The notes under the pieces were generated by a model that saw only the letters and a program-made list of their open reading frames with translations, was not told the origin of the DNA and ran no database searches. Shown in pieces: positions 54,517-64,000 of a stretch of DNA of 64,000 nucleotides. Every line of letters begins with the position of its first letter. Within the stretch, counting starts at the first letter, position 1. A program made the translations under genes and the position numbers. The stretch is from Bigelowiella natans CCMP2755 (lineage: Eukaryota; Protista; Cercozoa): contig ADNK01001668.1 of assembly GCA_000320545.1 (NCBI GenBank), forward strand, positions 1 through 64,000, in the 5' to 3' direction.

Positions 54517-55154
54517 GCTAATATCAATTCACAATTCATCACCAACTCGATCAACAGCTTTCTCGAATATAAACTGGAATGGACACCTGATAAATTCATA
54601 TACTACATTAACGGCAAGGTATGAGAGAAAAAGGAAAAGGGAGGGGGGGGGAGGGGGGATAAGGAATAAGGAATAAGTCTTCCTACCACCACTCTATAAT
54701 ATGTATTTATAACAAAGTGATATATACACAAATGTTCTTTCTTCAACGTCTTTCTCTCTTTCTCCCCCCCCCCCCCCCGCCTACCCCCTCTGTCTCTTCT
54801 TAGAAAATGTGGGAGGCCAACAAAGGAAACAACACTTCGCACCACAAATTACCATGGTGATAGACAACAAACACCTATAAATGAGAATGATTGTAGTATA
54901 CACAAGAAGAACCACCTCCCACACACATCACACACATACTTTGTCTTCTTCTTGTTCTTGATGTTATTCTTGTTAATCTTCTACTTGTACTACTTCTACC
55001 AGGGAACCACAGAATATCAGACTTATTTTGAGACCTACAACAATAGCGTATGGAGGCTCTCCAAGCTTTGTATGTGAAGATGTAGTTGAAATGATGATGA
55101 TATTGATGATGATGATGATGATGATAAGAATTGTGAGGGACATTGTACACGTAA

Positions 55155-55225
<71 letters not shown>

Positions 55226-55634
55226 AACATGTACGTGATTTAAGATGGCGGTATCAAGGATGAGCTACCAGCCTTTCAAGGTATTCTTCTTCTTCTTCTT
55301 CTTCTTTATTATTATTATTTTTATTATTATTATTATTATGTTTATTGTTATTCTCTTTCTCCATTGTTCTTCTTCATGAAATAAATGTAAAGCAATTATC
55401 TTAATATATAGTTCTAGTAGCAAGATTTAGAGGTAAGTTGCGTTGTAATGATGATGATGATGAGGATGATGATGTAACAAAGACTCTACAATGCCTCTCA
55501 TAAGCAATGAGATCTAAAACCTCTTTTCGTTGATGATTCTCTCCTGTCAGTCTTCCGTAACGCCACATCCAACGCCACACCCAAACGCACCTACCAATTC
55601 CTCTCAAGGAAAGAGCTGTCTCCAGGTCATTATG

Positions 55635-55692
<58 letters not shown>

Positions 55693-57271
55693 TGTGTGTG
55701 TTTGTCTGTCTGCCTCTCTCCTTCATCTTCGCAAGATCTACTACTACCTCGATCCCTGCTGCTGGTTCTACTATTACTTACTATTAATGCTACTAGGTTG
55801 TCAAGGAACAATCCCTCCCAATTGCTTTGACGATTGCAGGACTTACTCTATTTTACATCATCCTTTGCAAAGTTCCTTGCTTCTGTAAGAAAAGGTGTGT
55901 GCTAGTAAGTATGTGAGAGGAGAGAAGAGAGTAGTTACTATATCGATGTGTGTGTCATCTCATTAGATAGTACAGCTACTATTCCTGATGATGATGATTA
56001 AGCATAATGGTTGGTGATGGTACACCAACTGCTTGTATTGATATTTCGTTGCTTTACTATACACATTATTGATGCAGTAGTCAAGAACATGACGCTGATA
56101 ATGACAACGGAGACGTCATTGATGGTTGTTCTTTTTCCCCAATCAATCCTCGGTAATAATCCTCTGTAGCAAATAGAGTTACGGAGGCAACTGCTTATTG
56201 AAAATTTCAGTTTTGAGCTATAAAAAAAGTAGGAAATACATCGCTCATATTTTATTCTAAGACGATATAAGCATAGCTAAGATGCATTTGATCAACAATA
56301 GCCATATTTATCATCATCATTATCATCATCATCATCATCATCGTTATATGTTGTAGGAGCGAAGAGTTTAAACAACTTGTACTATTATCACACGAGCGAA
56401 GAATGGTAATGTCTACATAGGTAGATGATGGTTGATGAGGACAGACAATGAAATCACGAGCAGCCTGATTCTACTTTACTTGAAGTTGGAGCGTATACGC
56501 TTAAACATTGACCTGTCATTTGTGAATACTATACTACTACATGTAAAAGTACTACAATATACACCGAACACCGAGATATTTTATCTTGAAAAAAATCTGT
56601 CCACGCATGTGAAGATTTTAGGAAAAACTGCATGAGAAGTATACTTAGTGACATGTTGTGTGTATTTTATGTTTTGAATAATCATTTGGTAATAGATGCT
56701 GCTGCCTGGGTACGATAATGGTTATAAAAGGAGAAGTGGAGAGGAGAAGGCCAACTTTATGTAAAACAATACATTATAATTAGTGGTACTGATTCTGGTG
56801 AAATATGCTTATCTCCTTTGTTGCTAGCTAGTTGTCGTTCTCAAGATCTCTCATACTGCATCATCATCACCACCACCATCATCATCATCTTGGATCATCA
56901 TCTTGTTATCAGATCGAGCGGTTTAATGAGTGCAAGTGAGCGCTCTACGATGGTAAAGAGGGTGATGATAATGACGATGGTGATGGTGATGGTGATGATG
57001 ATGATGATGATGACGGGGAGGAGGAGACTAGGCCCAACACGGTTTAACCTTAATTTTAAGTATAATATATACTATTCCATTTTATTATGTTGTATGTGTA
57101 GGAGCACTTTGATATTGATCTGTCTATTTCGTCGTGATATTTGGGATGTTGTAGGAGCAGAATCGTGTAAGCGACTGTGATGATGACAATGATTATGCTG
57201 AGATCAGTCAAGATTCTGTCAGGTGGCCAGCAACAGTGTACAATCAAGAACTTCTATTTAACAATATTTAG
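51232..57271 (+). CDS. Membrane protein with degenerate GH16-like domain, Thr/Pro-rich segments, C-terminal TM and cytosolic tail (true start is upstream, ~50986-51075)
   Basis: N-terminal hydrophobic TLSVIVSFAFVIPV; GMILRMD, STGHLSGKFNLLYGNFTFRVRM, SCVSLYT..HNEFAICY, FLEYKLEWTPDKFIYYINGK, LPWEPQNIRLILRP; TM LPIALTIAGLTLFYIILC; tail ending ..DYAEI..LFNNI*. Confidence 0.78.
53920..54011. repeat. Intronic tandem duplication (~36 bp core x2)
   Basis: gtgctgcatacatctaggtcagccacatatattgtt occurs twice. Confidence 0.85.
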
Positions 57272-57559
57272 CTTCGACATCATCTCTCTTCTTCTTCTTC
57301 TTCTTCTTCTTCTTCTTCATCATCATCTTTTTCTTCCATAGTATTTTGTTGTTATTGCTGTAAACACTATCATGAGGAAAGCGTCAAGTAGAGGACAATG
57401 ATTCTGCTTTTTGTGCGGATTTCTACATTGATTTTTAATTTTCACTGCATCTTTTTTTTAGATTTGTGATGCAAGACTTTGGCAGTGAAACAGTTACTAC
57501 TACTTAAGGATGATTCATAGAAATTGCGGTGCAGGATGATAGCAATCACTCGCCCTCCG

Positions 57560-58660
57560 CCCTAGAGCCATCAGGCGGTACAATGATGGTTCATGAAGTC
57601 CATTTACTAGGCACTCTTAAGCGCTGCATTGACATTTTCGGTCTTCACAACTGTCATACGCATCGATCCCCTCGATTGTCATATGAGCTATGCCAGCATG
57701 CACAACTAGATAAAAGCGCATTGAATTAATTCTTTCTGTATTTTCATTCTCTAGTTCTGGTGGTAGAGCATGTCATAGTGCTCACAGCAGCGCTAGTTGA
57801 TCCACTAGCATACATCTAGACATGTGCAGTTTTGCGCTCTTGCCAGCAGCGTCGACCTACCTAGCCACTGCTTGCTGTGCGCCGCCAGGCCGCCTGCAAT
57901 CTCGTCAGAGTGCACATACAACATCGCGTGTCGCAACTTGAAAATTATGCGCACAATGAAACCAATGACACCTTTGAGGGTTGCATTTTTTGTCACAAAT
58001 TGTCTAGTTGGGCACAAAATTTTCACAAATGACCGTACGTGTACGTCTCCCACACGAATAAACTACCATTCGCGCACCCCAGATTTGCTAGCTAGCAGGA
58101 ATGTGTCCATGCATGTGTGTGGATAGATGTGTGCATTGCTAGATCATGGCCAAAGTCACGCACTCATGTAAACAAACCTTCGTATCATGCGTGCGCAGAA
58201 ATGCCAACATGCATGCTGTGTCTATTATATGCACTCGTGCATCTTCGGGTTTAATTGCCAGAAAGAAATTAAGCTGCCTGTCCACTTGCCATACACGGAG
58301 ATCACACGCAACCATGCTAGCATGGCAGCAACAACCCACGTGCAATGACGATTTTTTGCTTCAGCATGGCAAATGCTAGTCTCGTCAGTGATCCTACTAC
58401 TAGGACATTCTGCACAGCATCTTCTGGCATCTCGTGTCACAGATTTGAGCTCCGCCTGTGTCATTGCTAATGGGGACTGTGTGAAACAACAAGTGGAAAC
58501 AAGAGCCATTGAAATAGGAACCATGAGTGCAAGTTTGCACAATGCACACTGCAAATACATCGTTTTCAAAGGTGACATGATGACGACGACTACGATGACT
58601 ACGATGACTATGATGATGACGATGATGATGATGGATGAGAAGGAATGAGATCTAGACATT
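57560..58660. other. TpA-poor, CTAG-rich intergenic island
   Basis: About 16 CTAG; many residual TpA lie in CTA/TAG; lies between convergent 3' ends. Confidence 0.78.
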
Positions 58661-58670
58661 GAGGCACTTT

Positions 58671-64000
<5,330 letters not shown>

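Overview
Left chromosome end of an intron-rich, microsatellite-rich eukaryotic nuclear genome. It is probably a chlorarachniophyte or related rhizarian alga; this is inferred from TTAGGG telomeres, signal-peptide + transit-like leaders on plastid-type proteins, and a rhizarian-looking CDPK. Gene models were spliced by hand, so exon and start coordinates are approximate. Order: telomere, subtelomere, Tudor/SAM/WW/zinc-finger gene (-), Prx5-like gene with Cys->Asp (+), MSS51-like (-), double-HNH-like gene (+), PA-TM-RING E3 (+), small unknown (-), ABC1 kinase (+), PP2C with a large insert (-), intronless tandem ArsA/GET3 (+), TRAPPC6 (-), degenerate GH16 membrane protein (+), and a 5'-truncated CDPK (-). 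The strongest unexplained signal is compositional. The subtelomere and every intergenic interval downstream of a gene 3' end carry a 0.7-1.1 kb island in which TpA is depleted (strongly in most, weakly in two), TG/CA are abundant, and CTAG survives and accumulates. Internal telomere repeats show the direction of change (CCCTAA -> CCCTGA and CCCCAA). This looks like a region-targeted A:T->G:C hypermutation process, the reverse of fungal RIP, that spares genes, introns and divergent promoters.
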